Part shown: in pieces, positions 1-11,250 of the stretch
Position numbering within the stretch: position 1 is the stretch's first letter
Layout of the letters: the number at the start of each line of letters is the position of its first letter
Origin: Dicyema japonicum
Lineage: Eukaryota; Animalia; Dicyemida
Length of the DNA stretch: 64,000 bases
Direction: 5' to 3'
Assembly (NCBI GenBank): GCA_011109175.1
Contig: RDEW01000044.1
Coordinates: forward strand, 367,667-431,666
Notes under the pieces: model-generated
Told to the model about the DNA's origin: nothing
What the model saw: the letters and a program-made list of their open reading frames with translations, nothing else
Database searches by the model: none
Program-made: the position numbers and the translations under genes

Positions 1-85
1 ATGTCCTTTTGACTATCCAGTTCTGCAGTGAATCTCTACTGATGACGGCGTCACTCTTCAAACCCTTTCCGCATCGTAGATGCGT
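1..85. repeat. Dispersed 60-85 bp repeat, copy 1 of 3 (others 35985-36062 and 49318-49372)
   Basis: Shared core ccagttc(c/t)gcagtga-N-(c/t)actgatgacg(g/t)cgtcactc in all three copies; identity unknown. Confidence 0.8.
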
Positions 86-642
86 AAAAATATAATTATC
101 TATATGAATAAATTATAAAAATGAGAATTTGTTAAATTTAAAACATAATTTAATTTTATTGATATTTAAAATTAGGACCCTGTTGAGAAAAACTGATTTA
201 AAATATCTATTCAAATATATCATGTAAATAAATAAATAATATATCTAAAATAGTCCATAGTGGCCATTTCTCAATCCCTCTCCTGAAACTATTAGCAATC
301 CAAGAAGCTGCCGAAACAGTAATTATCAGAACTTTTTGTACTCCCTTATGGATGCAGTTTTGATTGGACAACAGCGGAAGTTTGTGAAAGTAGATACCCT
401 GACTAACAACTCTTTTATCGAAGCCATGACCAAATACCTTAAAAATCATCCAAGATACGACAATCGTGTCCTCATCGCATGTCCTTTCTGGAGAGCCATC
501 AAGGATTTTTGTTTACGTCGGTCTGGAGTCACTTAGTTGGTTACTTTTTTTTCGTTTAACCCGGTAATAATAATAAAATACCCTAAGGCCTTCAAAAAAG
601 AAGTCAATTGACTGATTAGAAATTTTTAAAACTTGAAAAATC

Positions 643-944
643 CTTATCTCCTTAAACCTAGATGATTAATCACCCCAACATTGTCCGAAAGTGGCTTAAA
701 GCGTTTTCAGGTAATTTTGATCGGCTCATCCTTTTGCATAACAGTTGTTCTAATTTACAGAATTACGGGTGACACTAATCTATACCACGATGGCTTATCT
801 CCTTACTCCTAGATGATTAATCACCCCAATATTGTCCGGAAGTGGTTTAAAGCGTTTTCAGGTAATTTTGATCGGCTCATCCTTTTGCATAACAGTTGTT
901 CTAATTTACAGAATTACGGGTGAGACTAATCTATCCCACAATGG
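643..944. repeat. Tandem duplication, 2 x 151 bp
   Basis: cttatctcctta...ccac(g/a)atgg starts at 643 and again at 794 with few mismatches. Confidence 0.9.
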
Positions 945-1099
945 ACTACACTAAGGAAAACCAACATTAAATAATCGAAACCCATGTACGGACATGTGCC
1001 ATGAGCCAACTATCCATAACTTTTCTATCACCTTTAAATTAGAGCTTTTAAAATCAAAGGGAGTCTATTTCTCATCCTTTTTTTCTGTTTAGCGTTGTT

Positions 1100-2207
1100 T
1101 TGAACAACTAAAGTCTGGATTCATAAAACATCCACATTTGCAAGGTTTTTCGCTAGTAAACTCTTATTTGCTGTTAGGAGGTGATGGTTGAGGTATCTTC
1201 TTGTACAAAATACGACCATCTCCTCAAGATGGATGTGACCCTTTGCTTCTATCCGTACGAATGAGCGAAATTGTGTAGTCAGGAGACATTAATACAAAGT
1301 TTCGGAACAAGGAAGACTTGTCTGGTCAAAATTTGAGATTTTGTATAAATCTCCATTGAAGGTTGTCAATCCAGTTGTTGATGACGATTTTTCGAGGATC
1401 ACCAATCACACGTATATCAAAACATTTGGCTATACACCGTTTTGGGAAGTACTGCTCATTACTCTGGTGTGTTCACAAAAATGGAAGTAGTATTATTAAA
1501 AGCTAATGGGCTAAAACTTTGGGGGAGTATCTACGAGGGATTAAAATTGCCAATAAACTAACTTAAAAAAATTATGAATATTTGGCCTCTATTTCACCAC
1601 GAATGTCCACGAAGAGAGTTTGTATGTCCTTTGTGTAATTGTAAGTTTTTTTGAGTGACCGCGAAAGATCATAATAAAGATCTACAAGGAATACAGTAGA
1701 CTTTTTAAGTATGGAAATTTATAAGAAATTTGTATAGACACAAAAAATATTAGACGCCTCCGGCCGGACTCGAACCAGCAACCTTGCGGTTAACAGCCGC
1801 CTTTTTTGAAACCCAGACTCTGTAGATGAGACTTGACTTAGACGTTCCCATAGATAAACTGTATTAGAAATCATTGAATAAGGTTTCAAACTAGTTTTCT
1901 GAACGAAGAAAAGATTAAATCAGCATCGCCTCCCTTTTCTTCGGGTGCTTACATAGAGGACAGTGGATGTTGGGACAACGAAAGCCTCTTTATCGGAATT
2001 GGTTTGCGCCACAGTTTCTACATCTGTAAACCTCAAAATAGTCGCTGTAAGGCGAGTAAAACTCGTTTATAGCCTCTCAGCTTATATTTATTGTTTATTC
2101 AGACTACCAGGATACTAAAGATTCAGAACAGAGAAGGTTAAGAAGTCTAGTCTTCAAAAATCGGTTCTGTTTCATACCAATCGTATTTGAATCTTCTGGT
2201 AGGCGGT
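1100..2207 (+). mobile_element. Degenerate CRE-like non-LTR retrotransposon fragment, interrupted by an insertion at about 1563-1968
   Basis: Remnant peptides SKLLFAVR, DNESLFIGIGLRHSFYIC and FCFIPIVFESSG resemble PKLLFILR, DDEAVRIATSLRLGIKLC and YLFVPFAVETSG of the better-preserved copy at 15-16.5 kb. An inverted paralog lies at 56830-57270. Confidence 0.5.
1755..1800 (-). pseudogene. trnN-GTT: tRNA-Asn(GTT) 3' half, 5'-truncated in the anticodon stem
   Basis: The reverse complement gcggctgttaaccgcaaggttgctggttcgagtccggccggaggcg is nearly identical to nt 28-73 of the intact tRNA at 60606. A T6 terminator follows; the D arm and 5' acceptor strand are absent. Confidence 0.9.
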
Positions 2208-5200
2208 NCTTATTCGCCGCAAAAGACTTTGGAGAGTATGGTTGTATCATATAGGAACGAAGTCGACGTTTCGCGGCGTTATGATAAACTTAATGAAGGG
2301 ATAAAGGATCTTTACTCTCGGTTTGATAATGAAGGAATTCAAGAGGTGAGCTAAGTGATGACAATATATATTGAGGAAAAAAAAGGACTGAGCCAATCGG
2401 GTTTACTCGTTACTCGAAGAGGAAACGAAGTGGATAGAGAACATTATAATTAGAATTAACCTTTTAAGATAAGTTAGTTAGTTAGTTAAAAGCTTTTTCG
2501 CATAACCCTAAAAGGATTTCGCTTTAGCCATGATTTACAACCATCCTCCTCGCCATCCTCGCCAACGCCATCTTGTTTCTTATTTTATTTTATTTATTAA
2601 CCCCGGATACACCGAGAAAGAAGTTTTAAGAATAATCGTTTAAAAAAATATTTAGATGATATTTTTTATTAAATTGTTATATTTATTTAAGTCATTACAC
2701 ATTTTTTAATATTTTAATTTTTTATGGAGTCCATTCATCATTTGGACGAATCTCTTAAAGATCGAAGGTAGCCGTAAGAGTCTCCAAAATCACAGAACGA
2801 TGGATTTCTGGAGAGTTCCAGCCACCAATTCCACTTAAAGTTTTGATACGAATGAACCATGGAACGCGCCGTCGTGACTGCGAAGACCCAGTCACTCGAC
2901 CAATACGTGCTTGTGTGGGGTCGAGAAAGGAACATCGGGCCAAGATGAGGCCCTTGCTAGAGCGTTCTAGATCACGTGATTAGTTAGTTTATGTAGCCGT
3001 GGTCTCTGGTGTTATTATTATTGTTATTACTCATTAATCAAATTCTGTTTGTGGATCGTCGATTTTGTCTATAAATAAGAAAATAAGTAAATACGGATGG
3101 AAAACGTCTTTTTCAATCTCAATGGACTGAGACTTTAGCGATCATATAAAGCTCAGATCTGACGTACAATTTCCTCTGTCCATTTTGCAAACTCTACGTG
3201 TTGCCAACAAATCACCTATTTGAATGTAATGCATTGTTACAACGTTGGTCTAAAATACTAAGACTGATCGATCTATGGGAGCGACCGGCATTTTTCGTCT
3301 TATTTAATAGCTGCTGGCCTTTTCCAAGATAGTGGTCGAGTTACTTAACTAACTAACCCCGACTATTTTGTATGAGGCTAGTCGTCCTTAGAACTGATAT
3401 CAATAAAAAGTGTGAATATAGGACAACTAAGTAAAATTATAATGTCCATAAGTTCAATAATAATTCTTAGTAGTAGAAATGTCTGCGGAACTAAAAAAGT
3501 TAAAGCTCCACATTTGCCATGCATATCAGGATACGCGCTGTAGTTGTTTCCATCCTCTCCTGTTTATCTCAACCGCCCTCAGAGCCTCTCCCTCTTTCAC
3601 TTCCTTCTTATCCGCATGAGTTCTTTGTCGACCTCAATACACTTTCAATAATGTAAATTCGATAATGTACATATTCAAATTCGAGTTAATAGATTTCCAA
3701 TTGTCGAATGAATAAATGACTGAATTCAAAAACTTTTGGATGACTTAATGCTATTTAAGTCAGAAACATAAAATAGCCTATTTCTTAAATTTATTCATTT
3801 GACCTACTTGGTAGAGGACTCTCATCCTGTACTGTGTACATTTTTACTTGGTTCAATCAAAGTGTCGCCATGTGAACCACCTGTCTCAAAAAATACCAAC
3901 CCTCTTGGCATAAAAAGGATTATTTCATCTCACTTAACTGGATCTTCAGGATTTTCTCCGATTGTAGTTCTGGGATTATGAAAGGTTGGGAAAATATTAT
4001 TCCGAACAAAGGGAATGTTCATGATACTTTGCCTCTTAGGGCAATCTCGTTGCCGTTCAGTAGGTATTCCATGATTGAGAAAAGTTTAGTTATCTCCGTA
4101 GTAAGATGAGGGTGTTTTTTCAACGATCTCATTAATATATTTGAGACATCGGTTATATAACACTTTTTATTTATTTTTTAGGTTTTGTAACACTTTTTAG
4201 CAATTTGCAGCCAAAACTAACATTTTAATTTAATTCCAAATTACAGAAAAATATAAAAAAGTAAAATTAACATTTTTTAATTAATATAATAATTAATAAC
4301 AAAAATATATTTATTATATGGTAAACCAAGTTTCAAATATAGCGCGTCAACACTACTTTTATCTCTTGTGGTGGTTGACCGATCTTAATTTTTATTATGT
4401 ATTATCGTTTAATATTCCAGTTAATTTAATCCAAGATATTTTGAATATACGTTTTCTATCTAATTTTTGGGGTCGGTTAATAGTGCTGGAAGGCTGTCAT
4501 CGTAATGTTTTCGATAAACATTTTGTAATTCAATTTTTTTATTTTCTACACGATTCTGGCAAACCAATATATTCAAGAGATGTCAAGTTGTCATTAAATA
4601 TTTTTATATGTGAATTTATTGGACACTTATATTTGATACGTCATTTAATTTTTATTGTAACATATTAATAGAGATTCAGCTTCACATGATGTTCAACTCT
4701 CTTGAGCCCACACAAGTACCTATCTGCCATATATCTGGGTCCTCGTAGCCAAACCGACACATTCCTCGTTTCTTACTTGTTATTAATACAGAGGTATTTG
4801 GATACTGGGATTTTCCAGAGATAAATTGCTCCGTAATTTTAGAAGTCCTTTTTTTACATCAACATTGGGTTCCTGCATGCATCTGAAGATACAGAATGTA
4901 ATTTTTTACAATTAATTTTATAGAGCAAATATTGCCTCGATGGCCTTGAGGGACTCAATATCTATGTCCTTGTCGGCAATTCCATATTTATAATTAAGAA
5001 ATCCTACGATTTTAGCCAAATGGCATTTCCTTTTTAATACTCGAAGAATCCCCGACCTATGCAAACATAAAGCCGACTTCCTTTCCATAATTTTTTATGG
5101 AACTGGCAGAACATCAGTTCACTTTTGAAAATAACTTTCTCCCGAAAGTCTTACTGTTTAATATAACCTCCCTTTGTTACGTAGTCATTTATTGTATAAA

Positions 5201-5753
5201 TTAGTTCGCTGAATTTAACTTTGTTTCTTGAGGTCCCCTACATTGCAAGAATTCAAGTAGAAAGAAAAAATTCATTTCAGACATTGTTTGATGTAAAACC
5301 CTTTGGAATTGTGAGGACTTCAAGTACACTGTCCTTTCGACTTTAATTAGACAGCATCGATTTTGATTTTACAAATTTAAGAAGTTTCTCATATCCATTA
5401 GAGACATTATTTGATGTGATTAATTACTAACACTTAATTTATAGATTTAATTGTAGTTCTTTGTGCTATTCACTCATAAACTTACATCACACTACTTCTA
5501 AGCAAGATACGCAATCACTTAATCCATAGTAACAAAAACGTCATGCAGAAGTTCAGGAAAGTTAAGTCAGATGAGTTATATTCGACAAGGACCCTTCCTG
5601 GTGGAAGACAATCTCGTCAAAACCAGTATACCTTAAGTGATACTTTTACGTAGCGCTAATGTTTATATTCATTGTTTACCATTATTATGAGAGAACGCCA
5701 GATAAGCAGAGTACTTTAACTGATTACTGATTTACTGGAGTTTTAATAATACA

Positions 5754-6588
5754 ATGGACGACTTTAACCAGGCAAATATCCCTTTGAGGTATATCAGATA
5801 ACAATATTTGCTTATTTTTGCGATTATGTGGTAGATTACGCTTTCTTGTGGGAAAACCCAAATTTATGTGATTAGTCAAGGTTACAACCGCGTTTGATGG
5901 CACGTGTTATTTGTGACAGTTTAAGGTCAGACATATTTCCAGCACATTCTATCCCCTAAATTTTTGATTTTTTCTCATTTTGTATTTATTGTTGCAGTGA
6001 AGCTTCATATTGCGATAATTATCCAAACCTGAGTTCAGATCAAGAAGTGCACCACGATTATAGTCCGTTAGACCAAATATCTCAACTTCCTCCCAAGAAA
6101 GAGACGACTGCACGTTTGGCTTTGCAATATCTTTAGAAGGTCGTAAAAGAGTCCGAACCTCATTTTCTAAGGAAACGAAGGACATCTTTCATGCGTACTA
6201 CAAAATCAACAGATTCCCCGACATTTACACTCGAAGTGAAATTGGTCAGAAAACGGGGATTAATGTGCTCCACATCAAAGTATAGTTTCATTTTGTTATT
6301 CCCCAGACATGGTTCAAAAATAAAAGATCCAGCGAAAAGAAGGAACGGGTTAGATCAGAGCCAATTCTGAGTCAAAAAGAACTCCCGAGCTATCTCTCTG
6401 ACAATAATTCCGCGGATAATTCCTACAGCATGAAACATCAAGCAGAACTGCTCTATTTGCAACCAAATGGGGGTAATTGTGTTTTTCAAACAATCCGTTC
6501 CCTCAGTATCACCCACCTATTGACAGAAGAGACTATCCTTCTTATGTCAAAGTCACAGTTATTCAAGGCCGCTAATGACGAAATGTGA
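5754..6588 (+). CDS. Divergent PRD-class (K50) homeobox gene; probable exons 5754-5788, 5998-6113, 6137-6279, 6307-6588
   Basis: The spliced homeodomain reads GRKRVRTSFSKETKDIFHAYYKINRFPDIYTRSEIGQKTGINVLHIK|TWFKNKRSSEKKE. GT-AG introns are 6114-6136 (23 nt) and 6280-6306 (27 nt, at the PRD-typical codon 46/47 position). The first exon is tentative but phase-compatible. Confidence 0.75.
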
Positions 6589-6766
6589 AGGACTTTCAGC
6601 TGAGAATTACACCAAACGCCAAATCGAAAATCCATATTTTCATATATTACCTAGTTCTCATTTCTATAATCACGGGGGAAGGGAGAGACCCTGTAAATGT
6701 GGATTCTGCCATTATTATTGATTTACCTGATTTTCTAATAAAATTAGCCATCTCAAATTATTATTT

Positions 6767-6980
6767 TTTTTATTTATTAACAATAAAATATTATTTATTA
6801 ACTATGGGGAAGAGCGGCTGCTGACATCACGGAGTAAGCGTTTCCGCGAACAACTGAGATACCAATTCTTTGCATCAGCCGGACCGCTTCCCGCACGTCT
6901 TTCTTGCGGTGGGCCAATTTTCCCCCGATTTCCTTTAGGAAAGAGGCTGTAATACTTCCAGCCGCATCAGACGTCTCGAA
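6767..6980 (-). mobile_element. 5'-truncated CRE-like 3' stub with target-site duplication
   Basis: Encodes FETSDAAGSITASFLKEIGGKLAHRKKDVREAVRLMQRIGISVVRGNAYSV with an A-rich tail. TSD tctc(a/g)aattattattt at 6751-6766 and 6974-6989; empty paralogous site at 23116-23131. Confidence 0.85.
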
Positions 6981-7186
6981 TTATTATTTCATTGAGAAAA
7001 ATTTAATAATTTATTAGTCCAATGATTGCCACGTGGGAATTCTGTGGGAAATCTCAGCGAAATGTTGAAACGTGGGTCCCCCATTTAAAATTTAAAAACT
7101 ACTAGACACTTCTAAATTTATTATTTAAGAAGTTTAGTGTGTCATTAAATATTGATATTTTATAGGCGATTATGCCGAATGTAAAA

Positions 7187-7276
7187 CAATAATAATGGGA
7201 GAATCCACATTTACAGGGTCTCTCCCTTCCCTGTGATTATAGAAATGATGATTTTGTGAATTATATGAAAATATGG
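7187..7276 (-). repeat. Local inverted duplication of 6632-6719
   Basis: gaatccacatttacagggtctctcccttcc...catattttcat is the reverse complement of the 6632-6719 segment. Confidence 0.85.
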
Positions 7277-7841
7277 TTATTAATGTACCGTTCAATATTG
7301 AATCCAACAAGTTTGTAAGATTCCGAATATATACTTAGCCATAAGTCATTTGTCTGTATTTGAAAAGTAATCTGGTCTTTAAGGAGGTCTTTCTGATTCA
7401 CAATAACGGTGATATATTGTGAATCTAATCACCCTACTTTTCTAAAATCCCCATTTTTATCGGCTGGTGCAAAACTCCATGACGATCCGAATTAAAAGAC
7501 GAGACATGGACACCGAGGTCACCTAATTATACAATATTTCTTGTGTTCCTTTAGTTAAAAACATCCTCCTTTTTTTCAACCAAATTTTCACCTCTCTTCT
7601 CCCACTTTGAGCAAAATGTCTTCACACTAATTTCGACCAGAAAATCCTAATCTTACTAATATTTTGCTTTATATTTTGCCTTAAGAATTTTAATTACTTG
7701 CATTTTGCTCAACCCATTCGAGGTGGAAAAATAGATTTTCTAACTGCTCTTCCAGCAGAACTAAATTTTCTTAAAAAGAAAATAAATTTTCAATCAGATT
7801 CTGGTTGTTAGAAACGTTAGTGGTGTGCATCAATTGGTTAG

Positions 7842-9365
7842 CCCAAATATCTAAGAACGGGAGATAAAGCCAATTTTCGAAAGAACAGGGTTCATATTAG
7901 AAATGAGGCTTTATCCCGGGAAGAACTATTGCTTCGTTACATATATTTTTGCTAATCCTTTAGTTACCAAGACTACCCTCCGCAGTTTCCGCTATTTTGT
8001 TAAATAACGGATTAATTATAAGAAATCAACGAATAACCTGTGGATGGGCTAGGAATCAAGTATTAAATAAATTTTATTATTTAGGAAATTCCAGTCTAAG
8101 TTATTATGGGGGGCATTATTTCCCACCCGTTTTTTCAATTATTAATCATTTCTTTATTCGTCGAGACAAGACTCTTCGGTCAAGGAAAGAAAATAACCGT
8201 TCGAAAGAATTTCTCAACACTCAATTCATTCTGTTTTTTTTATTTTTTTGTTTTGAATAATAAAAATTTCTCATTATATATTGAATTGATTATTATATAG
8301 TCAAAATAACATAGATTCAGATATATTTTTAAGCTCGCAAAGATGACAAGCACAGTCTAAGCCCGATTCTATTACTCTATTTTTGTTTTGATTGATAAAT
8401 AAACTATTTCTCATTTATTTGTATGTTGTCTTGAATTACAGTCTCACACATACTCAGAGGTGGATAAAATCGTAGGTTTATTCATAATTTTGGTGAAATC
8501 TTCTACCTGCGACAGTACAGTACATGACAGTAATGAATAAGGGGAAATTTACTCTCAAATATCTCCGAAAAGAATTAAGAATATTTTTGGCAGAACAGGT
8601 TTTATTTACAGCATTAGGCATTTCCATGATAATGGTATTGCTTCGTAACTTGATTTTATTTTACAGAATAACAAAAAATATTTATAAGAATTTGCGAATA
8701 ACTTGTGAATGGGTAAGGAATCATGTATTAAACTATAGCCTGAGTTTTATGGTGGGTATTATTTCCCAGCCATCCTCTGCCAAACAACGAGACTAAAAAT
8801 AAAAATGACATCAACTCAAATTAATAGTAATTTCCATTTTCGTCGAGTCGTGAGGAATTCGAGGCCAAGGAAAACCGAGTTAAGGATCCACTATTTTTTT
8901 AATAAATTGTAAGAAACACCGAATATCTTGTTGATAGGGAGCGGTCGAGTAAAAATAGATTTATTGATTTTAGGAAAATCCATGAGTTATTATCGAGTAT
9001 GTTATTTCCCATCATACTTCTTGTTTTATGATTAATAAATATATTATTTCTGTTTTATTTTTAAGTAGTATTTGAATGCAGTCTCACATAGTGGAGTGAA
9101 TGAGCTGATGTTTCACTAATTTACGAGTTAAATGCCTCCATTATTATGCTACAAAAACTGAGTGTAAGCAAAATTTGGATTTCAAAAAACAATAAAATTC
9201 CTTAAATATGACTTTAATACACGGTGGACCACCCAATTATTGGTTATTAACACCCTTCTGTTCATAGAGATAATAAAATACTGTTTTCGGAAAATTAATA
9301 AACGATATAGATTGTTAACTCTTGTTCTTCTGATAAAATGACAGGGTTGCGGTCCAATAACTATA
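7842..9365 (+). repeat. Segmental duplication (paralog 28203-29722) holding tandem, degenerate small-gene modules
   Basis: Colinear high identity with 28203-29722. Internal modules share AG|TCTCACA, KYLR and RITC.W.RN motifs and tiny GT-AG intervals; a further module lies at about 30270-30710. Confidence 0.85.
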
Positions 9366-10019
9366 CTGTCTTATAAAAAAAGAATTTGTATTATAGGCTT
9401 ACAAATTCTGTTATCAAAATGTCTAATATATTTTATATTTTGGTGACCTATAAATATGGATTATTCTTCACTATTGTTTTGTCCCTATTTATATTTTCTT
9501 GCTTTGTTTTTCTTCCAGTCTATATGTATTCCAAATCGTTATGTCGTCCTCATCGTTTCAAGGTTATTTTCAGAAATAATATTATCAACAGAATTTTCAT
9601 TTATCACTGATTTTATTTACTAATTTTCTTTCGACAATTAGGAAACCCCTTTTTCGGATGAGAGTGAGCGAACACGGAATTTTCAGTTATCACTGATCTG
9701 TTTTACTTATTTCTTTGACGATTAATATCAGAAAAATCTTTCTTTGGACGGGAGTAAGTGAATGGTCGTTTTGCTGAAAACTTGCACTGAACGCCTACAT
9801 TAATTGTGAACCACATGACGTATTATTAAATTTTCTCCAAGTGTTTTCAAAGCAAAGAAATAAATTGTCAGATTTACATTTGCCAACTTCAATTGAATTT
9901 ATTGATTCTCATTTGAAATTCTTACTTAACGTTTGCCTGAATGAAATGTAAAAGATACCTCAAAATATATAGAAATGGTAGGTCAGATTGACAAAATCCT
10001 TCATAAATCAAATTAAATT

Positions 10020-10190
10020 CCAAAGACCAAGAGTACCAAAACTAACAAACTCTTTGATCCAGACTCGTTCCAGCATTCCAGAACATGTCTCCAGGTAACG
10101 ACGTTGTCCCTGGAGAAAAATTGTAGGATCTCTTGATGCCGACTAGGCATTGGGCGCCTCCTAAGTTAGATGGATCCAGTGACGCTATTG
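10020..10190. repeat. Dispersed repeat with an inverted copy at 56530-56710 and a partial copy at 51030-51100
   Basis: ggcattgggcgcctcct...ggatccagtgacg is the reverse complement of cgtcactggatcc...aggaggcgcccaatgcc at 56545. Confidence 0.75.
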
Positions 10191-10769
10191 GAAGGAAAAT
10201 AATTTTGACAAACTATCCAAGTCGCACCACATGACACCACGCGAATGGGTCGTCCTGAAAACCCCTACGACGGAATAGGAACGAAGATAAATCATTTTTG
10301 AATGCCGTTCACGTGCTAGGTTTCCGGTGAAAAAAATCGATTAACTTATACTTCTTAGGAATCGAACATGGCAAATGTACAAGTTTCAGTTACTCCCATA
10401 GAGTATCAACTTTCCCAAAATTTGTTAGGATGAATTCGAGATAGTGTATTTATTACTTCCTTGTTTCCGAAACATTGTATCTCCAATGTCAACTAACTCA
10501 TCTTTTCGTTTTCGAACAGGAGTTTTCTGTGTTTACGAATGAAGAAGAGATGCTTATTTGTCTGAGATGAGAGACTTGAGAGAAGAGTAAAAATACTATT
10601 ATTCTCATTGATTCTATCATCTTCCTAAAAATTGTTTTATTAAAACTTAGCCACTGATAAAAAACCACTTACGTTATCGCAGTTAACAACTGCTAGAAGT
10701 TCCTCTTAGTCAAGCCTAGCTGCTCTAAAAATTGAAAACACATTTCTCCTAACGATTTATAAGGAAATG

Positions 10770-11250
10770 AAGTCAATAAGCCAGCTATTTCCCTCTTATC
10801 CTATTCCTTCCTAGCTATAATCTATCCAATCAGTGATCAATCTCCAATGACTCATGGTATTTCTACGGCAACTAGGTAAAAAATGAACTGTCTTCCGAGA
10901 TATGATGAACTCTTGCCAACCACGAAAAGGTAACACCAAGAAAGAAGGAGTTAGACCAAGTTATAAGTGATCCTTATAATCACAACCTGTCCGTGAAATA
11001 TCTTTTGTATTCCTACCTAGTTCCCACTGCTTTTCTGCTGCTTGACGCTCCTTTTCAGCACAATTTGAAAAGACGTGTGTTGGGATTCGACGCCACATAG
11101 AGTACGGAAACCGACCTAATATTCCAGGTTACAGAGTTGTCAAGCAAAAGGTTGGAAAGAATAGAATCGAGAGGTATGTCAAACGGACCATTCCCCTTCA
11201 TAGAAATTTATGGTTTCGTAACTGAGACTAAGATTCTACAAACTCAAAAA
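10770..11250 (-). mobile_element. Highly degenerate CRE-like 3' fragment
   Basis: Remnants QFIFYLVAVEIP and RGNS in shifting frames match the CRE endonuclease C-terminus. Confidence 0.45.

Noticed and set aside
1-85. Hammerhead ribozyme suggested by CTGATGA
   Set aside because: There is no GAAA after the putative stem II, and the CTG is paired within the upstream hairpin; neither strand gives a complete core.
663-760. Protein kinase HPNIV motif in the 151-bp tandem repeat
   Set aside because: Only a five-residue match, with no other kinase subdomain in frame nearby.
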